NCBI GenBank assembly: GCA_035556495.1 | Contig: DATMEW010000123.1 | Coordinates: 11,137 to 75,136 of the forward strand | DNA: 64,000 nucleotides | DNA from: Xanthobacteraceae bacterium | Lineage (GTDB): Bacteria; Pseudomonadota; Alphaproteobacteria; Rhizobiales; Xanthobacteraceae | Reading direction: 5' to 3' | Part shown: positions 31,814 to 41,656 of the stretch, piece after piece | How the letters are laid out: every line of letters begins with the position of its first letter | How positions within the stretch are numbered: the first letter of the stretch is position 1 | The notes under the pieces: generated by a model | Databases searched by the model: none | What the model was told of the DNA's origin: nothing | Seen by the model: only the letters and a program-made list of their open reading frames with translations | Position numbers and translations under genes: made by a program

Positions 31814-32009
31814 GGGAACTTCCCATTTGCTTCCGGCGCGGCGGCGATGCGGAGAAATTCCCGCCGCCGCTGTGCCATTTGCGCACTAGACGCAACTCTG
31901 CCCTGCATTTAACTTTTTTTAAGATGGGGTCCAGAATTGGGGTCCACGAGCCGCGGAAATTCTGATCGGTCGCGAAGAAGGCCGGCGGAAGGTCAGGCGG
32001 TAAGGGGGA

Positions 32010-33353
32010 ATGATGATCCGACGTGCATTTGTCGGACTGGCGCTGCTGTGCAGCGCCGCCGACCTTTCTGCCGCAGAGCAGGTGCTCGCGGTCGCCGCTT
32101 CCAAAGCGCAGCCCGCTGTCGCAAAAACATTGGAACCGCAGGCCGCCATGGCTTTGCCGGACGCGCGCTCGCGCGCCATGATATTCGAATGGCGGCGGGA
32201 AGGACCCGTGGCCGATTGTGGAGCGGACTGCCGCACCTGGATATCCGCCATCGGTGCGATCACCGCGGATACCGCCCGGGATTTCGAGAATTTCGCAAAG
32301 GACGCCCGCGTGCGCGGCGCGACGGTGGTGCTGGACTCCGAAGGAGGCTCGGTTCTTGGCGCGCTGGCGCTGGGCCGGGCCTTCCGCCGGCTCGCCATGA
32401 CGACGTCCATCGGACGCAGCGTGTGGCTGCCCGAGGAGCAGGGCGAGCGGCGCTCCCGCCTGCTGCCGGACGCCTATTGCGAATCCATGTGCGGCTTTGC
32501 GCTGCTGGGCGGCGCGCGGCGCCATGTTCCGCCTGAGGCGCATGTGATGGTCCATCAGATCTGGCTCGGTGACCGGCGCAGCGACGCCGTCGCCGCCACT
32601 TATTCCGCCGAGGACCTTGTGCTGGTTCAGCGCGACATCGGCAGTCTCGCGCAATATACCGTCGAAATGGGTGGAGATATCGATCTGCTGGAAACCGCCC
32701 TGCGCATCCCGCCCTGGGAACCCATGCGCACCCTGAGCAGGGACGAGGTCGGCCGGATGCGGCTGTCGACGGTGGACGAGCCGTTCGAGAAAGCTCCGCC
32801 CGCGTCTGCCACGAATGCGGCCCCCGCCGCTGCGGTGGTTCCCGCCGCGCTGCACGGGGGCACAATCAACGAGCATGGCTGGACGCTGGTGCGCGGGGAG
32901 CGAGGCAGCATGCTGGCGCGCCGCCATCCGCTGACGGTGGAGGGAGAGAATATCGGCCGTTTCGATATCGTCCTCACCTGCGGCGCCAGCCGCGATCAGA
33001 TCGCGGTGCATTATACGGAGACGCGCTCGGGGCAGGATGCCAGCCGGCCTCCGGCGGCGCTGCGGGAGGTCACCATGAGTTTGGGGCGGACCACGGTGAA
33101 GCTGGATATCGCTTCCACCCAGCCGCAGCGTCCGGCCCGGCTCAGCAGCCGGGCGCAGGGCGTGGTGGCGCTGAATGCGATCCAGGAACTGGCGAAATCC
33201 TCGGGCCGGGTCCTGACGGTGGCGACAGCCAATGCGGGCGGGGGCAGAACCTCCATCCGTGTCGGCACCAGCGGCCTTACCGGCAATTTCCCGCAATTCG
33301 CGGCGGATTGCGCCGGCCTCGCTCCCTCCAAAAGCGCGCAACTCGCGAACTGA
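32010..33353 (+). CDS. Hypothetical periplasmic protein (N-terminal ClpP/NfeD-like fold suspected)
   Basis: Signal peptide MMIRRAFVGLALLCSAADLSA. VVLDSEGGSVLGALALGRAF...CESMCGFALLGG resembles COG3904-type proteins. Confidence 0.4.
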   Translation: MMIRRAFVGLALLCSAADLSAAEQVLAVAASKAQPAVAKTLEPQAAMALPDARSRAMIFEWRREGPVADCGADCRTWISAIGAITADTARDFENFAKDARVRGATVVLDSEGGSVLGALALGRAFRRLAMTTSIGRSVWLPEEQGERRSRLLPDAYCESMCGFALLGGARRHVPPEAHVMVHQIWLGDRRSDAVAATYSAEDLVLVQRDIGSLAQYTVEMGGDIDLLETALRIPPWEPMRTLSRDEVGRMRLSTVDEPFEKAPPASATNAAPAAAVVPAALHGGTINEHGWTLVRGERGSMLARRHPLTVEGENIGRFDIVLTCGASRDQIAVHYTETRSGQDASRPPAALREVTMSLGRTTVKLDIASTQPQRPARLSSRAQGVVALNAIQELAKSSGRVLTVATANAGGGRTSIRVGTSGLTGNFPQFAADCAGLAPSKSAQLAN

Positions 33354-33372
33354 GCGGTTCCGCGAGCTGGGC

Positions 33373-33849
33373 TCAGCCGCTGACTGCCGCGGCAGGCTTT
33401 GTTTCCGCGCCGGATGTCCGGGCCTGTTCGATCCGGTCGATGGCGTCCACCACGGCGTCGAAGGTGAGTAGCGTGGAGGCGTGTCGGGCCTTGTAGTCCC
33501 GCACCGGCTCCAGCACGGCGATGTCCTTCCAGCGCGGATCGTTTGGCGGCTGGCCGTTGTCCTTGAGCATGCGGCGCACGGCCTCGCGCAGGGCGCGCAG
33601 CTCCCCGGCCCGGGCGCCCACGACATTGCGCGCCATGATGGACGACGATGCCTGTCCCAGCGCGCAGGCTTTCACGTCATGGGCAAAATCCGTGACGGTA
33701 TCCCCATCCATCCGGAGGTCGACCGTGACGGTGGAGCCGCAGAGCTTGGAATGGGCCGTGGCGCTGGCGTCGGGATTTTCCAGCCGTCCCAGCCGGGGAA
33801 TGTTGCCGGCGAGTTCGAGAATGCGGGTGTTGTAGACGTCGTTCAGCAT
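33373..33849 (-). CDS. IscU/NifU-N-like iron-sulfur cluster scaffold protein
   Basis: YNTRILELAGNIP...HSKLCGSTVTVDL...KACALGQASSSIM pattern. Confidence 0.8.
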   Translation of the reverse strand: MLNDVYNTRILELAGNIPRLGRLENPDASATAHSKLCGSTVTVDLRMDGDTVTDFAHDVKACALGQASSSIMARNVVGARAGELRALREAVRRMLKDNGQPPNDPRWKDIAVLEPVRDYKARHASTLLTFDAVVDAIDRIEQARTSGAETKPAAAVSG

Positions 33850-34092
33850 GGGAAATCAAACCGATTGCTGCCCACCGGGCGCAGATTGCCTTGGCGCATG
33901 GAACCCTTATATAGAAGCCGCATGGCGGGTTGCACAGGTCTTCCCGCCATGCGGACCGCTCGGCCTGTCGCCGGGCGATCCGGATGACACAGGGCGTCCG
34001 ATAGCGCCGCATCCGCCGGGCGGGTGCAGGCCATGTGATCGACGCGAAAACCGGTGACACCTCCGGCTCCGGCCGGTCGAACGGAGACGATC

Positions 34093-34731
34093 ATGGACGC
34101 CATGTCGAAACTGCGCTCTTCTGCTGCGACGGCCGCCGTCGATGCTGCCGGCCCTCTCGTGCCGCGCCCGTCCCGGGAAGAGGCGGAAGCGGCCGTGCGC
34201 ACGCTCATCGCCTATCTCGGCGAGAATCCCGATCGTGAAGGCTTGCTGGATACGCCGCGCCGTGTCGTCGAATCCTACGAGGAGCTCTTCGGGGGCTATC
34301 GCCAGTCGCCGGCGGAGGTGCTTCAGCGGACCTTCGGCGAGATCGGCACCTATGACGATTTCGTGCTGGTGCGGAACATCCGTTTCTCGTCCCATTGCGA
34401 ACATCACATGATCCCGTTCTACGGGCAGGTGCATATTGCCTATCAGCCCGTGGAGCGGGTGGTCGGCCTGTCGAAGCTCGCTCGGCTTGTCGAGGTTTTC
34501 GCCCGCCGGCTCCAGACTCAGGAGCATCTCACCTCGCAGATCGTCACCGCGATCGAGGAAACGCTGGCGCCGCGCGGCGTCGCCGTGATGATCGAGGCGG
34601 AGCATATGTGCATGTCGATCCGCGGGGTCGAAAAGGCCGGCGCCTCGACCGTGACCACCCAGTTCACCGGGGTGTTTCGCGAACAGGCCGAGCAGCAGAA
34701 CCGTTTCCTCTCGCTGGTGCGTCCGCGCTGA
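34093..34731 (+). CDS. folE: GTP cyclohydrolase I
   Basis: [12 protein letters not shown]..., [21 protein letters not shown] motifs. I chose the ATG at 34093 (GGAGA 5 nt upstream); a GTG at 34054 is also open. Confidence 0.92.
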   Translation: MDAMSKLRSSAATAAVDAAGPLVPRPSREEAEAAVRTLIAYLGENPDREGLLDTPRRVVESYEELFGGYRQSPAEVLQRTFGEIGTYDDFVLVRNIRFSSHCEHHMIPFYGQVHIAYQPVERVVGLSKLARLVEVFARRLQTQEHLTSQIVTAIEETLAPRGVAVMIEAEHMCMSIRGVEKAGASTVTTQFTGVFREQAEQQNRFLSLVRPR

Positions 34732-34772
34732 CGACAAGCGCGGCGCGGCCGGCCGCGTTCAGGATTTCAGTC

Positions 34773-35237
34773 GTGGCAGATTCATCTTTTGCGCTTCCGG
34801 GTTCGGCTGCTGAGGTCGAGGAAGGACTCGTTCTCAGCCCAAAGTTCGGTCCGGACGGACTGCTGACCTGCGTCGCGACCGATGTCGCCAGCGGCGACGT
34901 GCTGATGGTCGCCCATATGAATGCCGAGGCGCTGCGCCGGACCATCGAGACCGGGCAGGCGTGGTATTACAGCCGGTCCCGCAAGGCGCTCTGGCGCAAG
35001 GGCGAAAGCTCCGGCCATGTCCAGTCCGTGGCCGAGATGCGGGTCGATTGCGATCAGGACGCCATCTGGATCAAGGTCCGTCAGGAGGGGCCGGGCGCCT
35101 GCCACACCGGCCGGCGCTCCTGCTTCTATCGTAGCGTATCCGCGGGGCGGGGCGGCGGGCCGATCACGCTGGCCTTTGTCGATGCCGACAGGGGCTTCGA
35201 TCCCGCACGGGTTTATGGCGACAAGCCGCAGACCTGA
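34773..35237 (+). CDS. hisI: Phosphoribosyl-AMP cyclohydrolase (monofunctional)
   Basis: MVAHMNAEALRRTIETGQAWYYSRSRKALWRKGESSGHVQ...DCDQDAIWIKV...GPGACHTGRRSCFY; GTG start inferred. Confidence 0.85.
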   Translation: MADSSFALPGSAAEVEEGLVLSPKFGPDGLLTCVATDVASGDVLMVAHMNAEALRRTIETGQAWYYSRSRKALWRKGESSGHVQSVAEMRVDCDQDAIWIKVRQEGPGACHTGRRSCFYRSVSAGRGGGPITLAFVDADRGFDPARVYGDKPQT

Positions 35238-35250
35238 TCGATCGCCGGCT

Positions 35251-36153
35251 TCACCGGCCGTGGTCCCGCATGCTGTCTTCCGCCTGCCGCGCCAGTGCCA
35301 ACACGCGCTGCGCCCGTTTCAGATGCGGCATGTCGATCATCCGGCCGTGAAGGCTGACCACGCCGGCGTCGGGCGCGGCGGCGAAGACGGCCGCGATCTC
35401 CTGTGCCTCGCCGATGGCGGCAGGGCTCGGCGTGAAAGCCTCATTGATGGTCGCGACCTGTCCGGGATGGATCGCCAGCATGCCGGCGAAGCCGTCGAAC
35501 ATGGCCTGGGTCGCGATGGCGGCCAGCCCGTCCGTGTCGCCCAGGCGGGCATAGACGGTTTCGTAAGCCGGCACCTGCGCGGTGGCGGCGCCGGCGAGGC
35601 AGAGGCTGCGGGCGAGGCGGCAGGGCTCGATGAGGGACCCGTCCGCGTGGCGGCTGGCCTGCGCGCCGAGGTCCGCGGCGAGGTCCTCCGCGCCCCATGT
35701 GAGGCCGGCGAGGCGCGGGCTGGCGTTGGCAAAGCTGCCTGCGGCGAACAGCGCAGGCCCGGTCTCGATGGCGAGCGCGAGAAGGCCGACGCAGCCTTCC
35801 GGCAGCCCGGCCTGCGCTTCGTGGACGGTGAGTTTGGCGTCCAGATGGGCAACCGCCTGGCCGCCGACGGCCTTCGGCAACAGGATCAGATCGGGTTGCA
35901 TCGGCACGATGGCGGCGAGGTCCAGTTCGATATTATCGCTGTCGAGCGGGTTGACCCGCACGATGAGGCGCGGCCGCTCCGGCGCGAGCCCTGCATGTTC
36001 CAGAAAGGCCGCGGCGCGCTGGCGGGCGGTCGCCTTGGCGGCGGTCGCGACCGAATCCTCCAGATCGAGGATCAGCGCGTCGGCCCCGCAGCCGAGGGCC
36101 TTCTCCATCTTCCGTTCGGAATCCGCCGGAATGAACAGCAGCGAGCGCATCAT
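35251..36153 (-). CDS. HpcH/HpaI aldolase / citrate-lyase beta (CitE)-like acyl-CoA lyase
   Basis: MRSLLFIPADSERKMEKAL..GADALILDLEDSV motif; ATGA overlap with the upstream MaoC gene. Confidence 0.85.
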   Translation of the reverse strand: MMRSLLFIPADSERKMEKALGCGADALILDLEDSVATAAKATARQRAAAFLEHAGLAPERPRLIVRVNPLDSDNIELDLAAIVPMQPDLILLPKAVGGQAVAHLDAKLTVHEAQAGLPEGCVGLLALAIETGPALFAAGSFANASPRLAGLTWGAEDLAADLGAQASRHADGSLIEPCRLARSLCLAGAATAQVPAYETVYARLGDTDGLAAIATQAMFDGFAGMLAIHPGQVATINEAFTPSPAAIGEAQEIAAVFAAAPDAGVVSLHGRMIDMPHLKRAQRVLALARQAEDSMRDHGR

Positions 36154-36650
36154 GACGCGGCCGGCCGCTTGTTGATGAAAGCCTGACGGCGGCATTCGGC
36201 CACCAGCTTGTCGTTCTGGTTATAGGCGCGGTGGTGGAATTCGACGATGCCGGCGTCCGCCCGAGATTTCGATTCGCGCACTGAGAGGATCTCCGTGGTG
36301 CAGCGGACGGTGTCGTTCTCGAACAGCGGGTGCGGGAATTTCACCTCCGTCATGCCGAGGTTGGCGATGGTCGTGCCGACCGTGAGGTCCGTGACGGAAA
36401 TGCCGATCATCAGTCCCAGCGTGAACAGCGAATTCATCAGGGGCTGGCCCCATTCGGTCTCCTGTTCGCAGAACACGCGGTCGATATGCAAAGGCTGCGG
36501 ATTCAGCGTCATGTTGGAGAACAGCATGTTGTCCATCTGCGTGACGGTGCGGCGCAGCCGATGGTCATACAGCGTGCCGGCGACGAAGCCTTCGAGATAC
36601 AACCCGCCTCGCGGATGGCGGTGTGCGGTGTCCGGGGCGGGAGCAGTCAT
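36150..36650 (-). CDS. MaoC-family (R)-hydratase/dehydratase
   Basis: Hotdog-fold motif NPQPLHID...; 166 aa. Confidence 0.85.
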   Translation of the reverse strand: MTAPAPDTAHRHPRGGLYLEGFVAGTLYDHRLRRTVTQMDNMLFSNMTLNPQPLHIDRVFCEQETEWGQPLMNSLFTLGLMIGISVTDLTVGTTIANLGMTEVKFPHPLFENDTVRCTTEILSVRESKSRADAGIVEFHHRAYNQNDKLVAECRRQAFINKRPAAS

Positions 36651-36755
36651 CGGCGTCCTCCAAGTGTCGTTAACGTCTGGTTTACCATAATGCCTCTAGC
36701 TGACTAACCATGTATCGCAGGATGTGGCGCTGCGGACGGACATCGGGGCGGGCAT

Positions 36756-37679
36756 ATGACGGTCGAGGCGACGTCTTCTCCCTCGTTTATCTCGGGCCTT
36801 GTGGGAACGATCCGCAAGGCGGCGCAGGCTGCCGGCGCGAGCTTTGAACATCTTCTCGCGACGGCTCGTGTCGAATCCGGCCTCAATACTGCCGCGCAGG
36901 CGCCGACCTCTTCGGCGCGCGGGTTGTTTCAGTTCATCGACCAGACCTGGCTCGCGACCATGAAGGACGCCGGGCCGGCGCTGGGCTATGCCCGCTATGC
37001 GGATGCCATCGATCGCACGGCGTCCGGTGCCTATGTGGTGCCCGACCCGGCTGCGCGCGCCGAGATCATGGCGCTGCGGGACGATCCGGCGGCGAGCACC
37101 GCCATGGCGGGCGCCTTCACGCAGGGCAACGCGGAGACGCTTGCGCGGCAGCTTGGGCGCTCCGCAACGGGGGGCGAATTGTATATCGCCCATTTCCTCG
37201 GCGCGGGCGGGGCCGGCCGGCTCATCACGCTGGCCGCCAACGAGCCGGATGCTTCCGCGGCCGCGGCCTTTCCCCAAGCGGCCGCTGCCAACCGTTCGAT
37301 TTTTTACGACCGTCAGGGCAGCGCGCGCGGCGCTGCCGATGTTTATCAGCGGCTCGTCGGCCGTTATGATTCCGCACGCGCCGCTGTCTCCGGCGTGACG
37401 GGCGGCGATGCGCAAGCGGTAGTCGCTGGAGCACGCCCCGCGCCGATAGCCTCGTCCACGACGCTTGCGGCCATGGACGAACCGCCGCTCACCCTTGGCG
37501 ATTCCGGGCCGGCTTTTCACGGACTGTTCCGCACGTCCCAGCAGCGGACGGTGGCGCCGGTCGTGGCGGCGCTGTGGTCGAGCCCGACCATTGCATCTTC
37601 GCAATCGCAGCCCGCAACAACCGGCGGGACGCTCGACCTGTTTCGTGATGACGGCCTCCAGCAGACTGCGCGCAACTGA
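36756..37679 (+). CDS. Lytic-transglycosylase-like (SLT-type) protein
   Basis: ARVESGLN...SSARGLFQFIDQTWL and ELYIAHFLG motifs. Confidence 0.55.
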   Translation: MTVEATSSPSFISGLVGTIRKAAQAAGASFEHLLATARVESGLNTAAQAPTSSARGLFQFIDQTWLATMKDAGPALGYARYADAIDRTASGAYVVPDPAARAEIMALRDDPAASTAMAGAFTQGNAETLARQLGRSATGGELYIAHFLGAGGAGRLITLAANEPDASAAAAFPQAAAANRSIFYDRQGSARGAADVYQRLVGRYDSARAAVSGVTGGDAQAVVAGARPAPIASSTTLAAMDEPPLTLGDSGPAFHGLFRTSQQRTVAPVVAALWSSPTIASSQSQPATTGGTLDLFRDDGLQQTARN

Positions 37680-37829
37680 TCCTTCCGGAATTCCCAGCGC
37701 ATCCGCGCGAGATCATGGCTAACCGGACGCAAACATTCATGCTGAACGCTTTGTTAAGCGCTGGCTGATAGGCTTTGTTCGTCGGTGCTTTATCCGGCGG
37801 GTTGGTGATCCGAGTAGCGTGGCGTCCCC

Positions 37830-39008
37830 ATGATCGTCCGACATTTCCTCCAGTGGATCCGGACAGCAGGCGCGGTCGAGCGGGCCGATGCAGCTTCGGC
37901 GCTGGTCCGGGCTTTTCTCCATTCGAACCTCTCGGTTGACGATCGCGCCGCCGCCGAAGGCGCGATGCTGATGCTGCTCGACGATCCGTCGCCGCTGGTG
38001 CGCCGGGCGCTGGCCGAGGCGTTGGCTTCGAGCGAAGATGCGCCGCCGGTGCTGATCCATGCGCTGGCGGCGGATCAGCCGGACATTGCCGCGATCATCT
38101 ATGAATCTTCGCCATGTCTGGCGGAGGCCGATCTGGTGGATGCTCTGGGGGCCGGACAAGCTGCCGTCCAGGCGGCCATCGCGCGCCGCGCCACGCTGTC
38201 GCGCGCGGTCTGCGCCGCCATTGCCGAGGTCGGTTCGGCCGAAGCCTGTTTGCTACTGCTCGAGAATGCCGGCGCCGTATTGTTGCAGTTCGCGCTGGAC
38301 CGCATCGTGGCGCGCCATGGCCATCTGGCGGCGATCCGCGAGAATCTGCTGGAGCGCGAAGATCTTCCCGCCACGACGCGGCAGGCGCTGCTGACCCAGC
38401 TTTCCGACACCCTGGCAAGATTTGTGACAGGGCGAGCCTGGCTCGATGCGGATCGTGCCCGGAGCATCGCGCGCGAAGCTCGCGACAAGGCCACGGTCAC
38501 TGTTGCCGCAACGACCGCTCCGGGCGAAATGCGGCTGCTGGTCGGCCGTCTCCGGGAGAATGGCGAACTCACCGCCGGTCTGATCCTGCGGGCGTTGCTC
38601 TCCGGCAATACGATGATGTTCGAGGATGCGCTGGCGGAACTGAGCGGCTTGCCGGTCAGCCGCATCTGCGCGCTGGTCTATGCCCGAAACGGGGCGGGGC
38701 TGCGCGCCGTCTATGACAGGGCAGGGCTGCCGCCGGCGGTTTACCCCGCTTTTCACGCGGCTATCGAGGCCATCCGGGAGCAGGGCTTTGTCGGAGATGA
38801 AGCCGGAAGCTCCCGCCTGCGTCGCCGCATGGTCGAGCGCGTGCTGGTGCATTGCGAGCAGGAAATGCCGGGTGAAGTCGAGCCGCTGCTCGTGCTGCTG
38901 CGCAAGTTCGCCACGGAAGCGGCGCGCGACGAGGCGCGGACGTTCTGCGACGATCTCGTTGCGGAAGATGCGATCAGCATCGATGCCGAGATGCGGCTGG
39001 TGGCCTGA
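37830..39008 (+). CDS. DUF2336 domain protein (HEAT-like repeats)
   Basis: LLDDPSPLVRRALAEALASSEDAPPVLIHALAADQPDIAA pattern. Confidence 0.7.
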   Translation: MIVRHFLQWIRTAGAVERADAASALVRAFLHSNLSVDDRAAAEGAMLMLLDDPSPLVRRALAEALASSEDAPPVLIHALAADQPDIAAIIYESSPCLAEADLVDALGAGQAAVQAAIARRATLSRAVCAAIAEVGSAEACLLLLENAGAVLLQFALDRIVARHGHLAAIRENLLEREDLPATTRQALLTQLSDTLARFVTGRAWLDADRARSIAREARDKATVTVAATTAPGEMRLLVGRLRENGELTAGLILRALLSGNTMMFEDALAELSGLPVSRICALVYARNGAGLRAVYDRAGLPPAVYPAFHAAIEAIREQGFVGDEAGSSRLRRRMVERVLVHCEQEMPGEVEPLLVLLRKFATEAARDEARTFCDDLVAEDAISIDAEMRLVA

Positions 39009-39045
39009 CGCGCCTTCGGCGGCGATGGCCGCCGTCCGGCCGTCC

Positions 39046-39606
39046 TCAACCGGTCTGGATGACGTCCCGCAGATAGTCCGGCCGGTGCCGGTTGCTGGTC
39101 GCGAGAAACTCCTCGGTCACGTCGCGAAGGCGTCGCGTCAGGGCCAGCGCCAGATCGGTCACGTCGCCACGCGCGCTCTCGCGCACGATGGCCCGAATCG
39201 CATCAACATGCTGGTCTACCAGTTCGCGGGGAATATCCTTCATCTCCAGCGTGTGCTCGATCAGTCGGCAGAGGCTGCGGGCGATGTCGGTTACCGCGGG
39301 AAAGCCGAAGGTGGTGGCTTCGCCTTTGATGTCGTGGGCGGCGTGGAACAGCCCATCCCTCGTTTGCGGCAGAAAGCCGGACCTGTGAATGGCGGCGCGC
39401 GCGTCTTCCAGACGCTCGCATTCTGCATTCATCCAGGCGGGAAAATTCTCGGAGAGTTCGGACAGGGCGAGTTCGGCCCGCGCAACCGCGTCGTCCGCTT
39501 CCGCGCCTGGCGGCAGTTCCGTCACGGCGCTGCGCAGCGTGTGGGGCGGAGTGATGACTTCATAGTCTCCATAGGTCACGATCGAAGGCTTGCCGGGATT
39601 TGACAT
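39046..39606 (-). CDS. Hpt (histidine phosphotransfer) domain protein
   Basis: LFHAAHDIKGEATTFGF phospho-His motif; the start could also be 39621. Confidence 0.7.
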   Translation of the reverse strand: MSNPGKPSIVTYGDYEVITPPHTLRSAVTELPPGAEADDAVARAELALSELSENFPAWMNAECERLEDARAAIHRSGFLPQTRDGLFHAAHDIKGEATTFGFPAVTDIARSLCRLIEHTLEMKDIPRELVDQHVDAIRAIVRESARGDVTDLALALTRRLRDVTEEFLATSNRHRPDYLRDVIQTG

Positions 39607-39617
39607 GGTCTGGCTCC

Positions 39618-40163
39618 TCAATCCGCGATCTTCGCCTTGTCGAGCAGCGAGATCGGCTTGACGACATCAGCCTTGCCGCCGTTGCGGCGCTCCGGTCCGA
39701 CATAATTTGCATTCGTCGTGCGTCGCCGGTCTGGCCCGAAATAGGTTTTTGTTCGAATGAAGGGGCGAGGGTTCACAACGATGTTCAACACCCGTTCGTA
39801 AAGCGCCTTGGCGGAGATCGGCTTGGCCATGAATTCCGTCACGCCGGCATCACGGGCGGCGATGACGCGCCGCTTCTCGGAATGGCCCGTCAGCATGATG
39901 ATGGGTACGTAGGGGTTCGAATTCGCCCCCGGCTGGCGGATCATCTGGGTCAGTTCAAGGCCGTCGAAAATCGGCATCACCCAGTCGGTGATGATGATAT
40001 CCGGCATATGGTGGGTGAAGGCTTCCAGGCCCGCGCCGCCGTCCTCCGCTTCATAGACCTCGCGGGTGCCGAAGCCATGCAGCAGGGTGCGGACGATTCG
40101 CCGCATGTGGGCATTGTCGTCCACCACGAGAAAGCGAAGCTTGTTGAATTCGATACGCAGCAT
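39618..40163 (-). CDS. Single-domain CheY-like response regulator with Arg-rich C-terminal extension
   Basis: VVDDN...IIITDWVMP...MLTGH...FMAKP receiver signature; tail ...YFGPDRRRTTNANYVGPERRNGG. Confidence 0.9.
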   Translation of the reverse strand: MLRIEFNKLRFLVVDDNAHMRRIVRTLLHGFGTREVYEAEDGGAGLEAFTHHMPDIIITDWVMPIFDGLELTQMIRQPGANSNPYVPIIMLTGHSEKRRVIAARDAGVTEFMAKPISAKALYERVLNIVVNPRPFIRTKTYFGPDRRRTTNANYVGPERRNGGKADVVKPISLLDKAKIAD

Positions 40164-40376
40164 GGGCCGCCGCCGATGAGCATGTGCCGCCCATCCGGCC
40201 AGGGACAGGAAGAAGCCGTTAACAGCCGCAGGCAGACTAGGGCCGGGCGCTTAAGGAAAAGTTGCAGTGCGCTGCCATTGCTGCGCTGCACCTAAAAGTG
40301 GTGGCGCGGGCCTTTGCAATTGATTTCCCCCGGTCGGTCTGGCAGCAATTCGGTTCCCGTCAACGTGAGCCTTGTC

Positions 40377-41558
40377 ATGAAGCGCAGCACTGACCGTATC
40401 CTGACCACCCATGTCGGCAGTTTGATCCGTCCCGATGAGCTTCTGAAATTCCTTGATGCTCAGCGCAAAAAGCAGTCCTACGACGAAGCAGCCTATGCGG
40501 AATGCCTGACGCGCACCGTCGCAGAGGTGGTCGCCCAGCAGGCGAAGGTGGGTATCGATATCCCCAGCGACGGGGAGTTCGGCAAGGCGATCAGTTGGTC
40601 GCAATATGCGCTCGACCGGCTCAGCGGCTTCGAGCGCCGGCCAGTGGCGCGCGATGCCAATCCTTTCAATCGGGGCGCGGACAGAACCAGATTTCCGGAA
40701 TTCTATGCGGAGCTGGACGCCAAGGACGGCATCTCCAATCCGAGCGACTCCGTCGCGGTGGGCGAGGTGAAATATACCGGGCAGGCCGCGCTCCAGCGCG
40801 ATATCGACAACATGAAGGCGGCGATGAAGGCCGCCGGGGTTGAGGAAGGCTTCCTGCCGGTTGCCGCGCCCTCCAGCGTGATCCCTGACCGCAAGAATGA
40901 ATATTACAAGGACGATGAGGAGCTGTTCCAGGCGATCGCGAGGGCGATGAGCACGGAATATAAGCAGATCGTCGATGCTGGGATCGTCGTGCAGCTCGAT
41001 GACGCCCGCGCCGCCGTGACTTACGACCGTATGGTGCCGCCTGCCACCAAGAGCGATTACCTCAAGTGGCTGGAGCATCAGGTCGACACCATCAACGCGT
41101 CGCTGGAGGGCATTCCGGAGGACATGGTGCGCTATCACGTCTGCTGGGGTAGCTGGCCTGGCCCGCACACCACCGACATTCCCTTCAAGGACATCGCCGA
41201 TATCATCCTGCGGGTGAAGGCCGGCGCCTACGTGATCGAGGGCGCGAACCCGCGGCACGAGCATGAATGGAAGGTATGGGAGACCGTGAAACTTCCGGCG
41301 GGCCGTGTCGTCATTCCCGGCGTCATCAGCCACGCGACCAACGTGGTCGAGCATCCGGAGCTGATCGCGGAACGCATCGTGCGTTACGCCAAACTGGTGG
41401 GGCGCGAGAATGTCATCGCCGGCACGGACTGCGGCTTTGCGCAGGGGCCGTTCCACCGCCGCGTCCATCCGTCCGTGATGTGGGCGAAGTTCGAGGCGCT
41501 TGCCGAGGGCGCGAAGCTCGCCAGCCAGCAGCTTTGGGGCCGCGCCGCCGCGGCCTAG
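40377..41558 (+). CDS. Cobalamin-independent methionine synthase II (MetE C-terminal-like) family protein
   Basis: ILTTHVGSLIRPDEL...IPSDGEF...HVCWGSW...; ATG at 40377. Confidence 0.8.
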   Translation: MKRSTDRILTTHVGSLIRPDELLKFLDAQRKKQSYDEAAYAECLTRTVAEVVAQQAKVGIDIPSDGEFGKAISWSQYALDRLSGFERRPVARDANPFNRGADRTRFPEFYAELDAKDGISNPSDSVAVGEVKYTGQAALQRDIDNMKAAMKAAGVEEGFLPVAAPSSVIPDRKNEYYKDDEELFQAIARAMSTEYKQIVDAGIVVQLDDARAAVTYDRMVPPATKSDYLKWLEHQVDTINASLEGIPEDMVRYHVCWGSWPGPHTTDIPFKDIADIILRVKAGAYVIEGANPRHEHEWKVWETVKLPAGRVVIPGVISHATNVVEHPELIAERIVRYAKLVGRENVIAGTDCGFAQGPFHRRVHPSVMWAKFEALAEGAKLASQQLWGRAAAA

Positions 41559-41609
41559 GGTCTGATCCAACTGCGTTGAATCAGACCCGTCGGTTATCTT
41601 TTTGTTTGT

Positions 41610-41656
41610 GCATGATCTTTTCCGAAAACCGGTTCCCACTTTTCGGGATCATGCTC
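41610..41656. repeat. REP/MITE-like imperfect palindrome, copy 2
   Basis: 43 of 47 positions identical to the reverse complement of 4632-4678. Confidence 0.75.

Noticed and set aside
31806-33626. 606-aa minus-strand ORF
   Set aside because: It is antisense to the plus-strand secreted-protein gene (32010-33353) and overlaps the IscU-like gene frame; shadow composition.
34921-36186. 421-aa plus-strand ORF
   Set aside because: It overlaps the hisI 3' end out of frame and is antisense to the CitE-like lyase gene; Arg/Gly/Ala-rich shadow.
40164-40376. Cobalamin or SAM-II riboswitch upstream of the MetE-like gene
   Set aside because: This 213-nt leader is the place to expect one. However, I could not recognise a B12-box or SAM-II pseudoknot signature by eye. 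It needs an Infernal scan before any claim.
40251-41639. 462-aa minus-strand ORF
   Set aside because: It is antisense to the MetE-like gene, which has clear family motifs.
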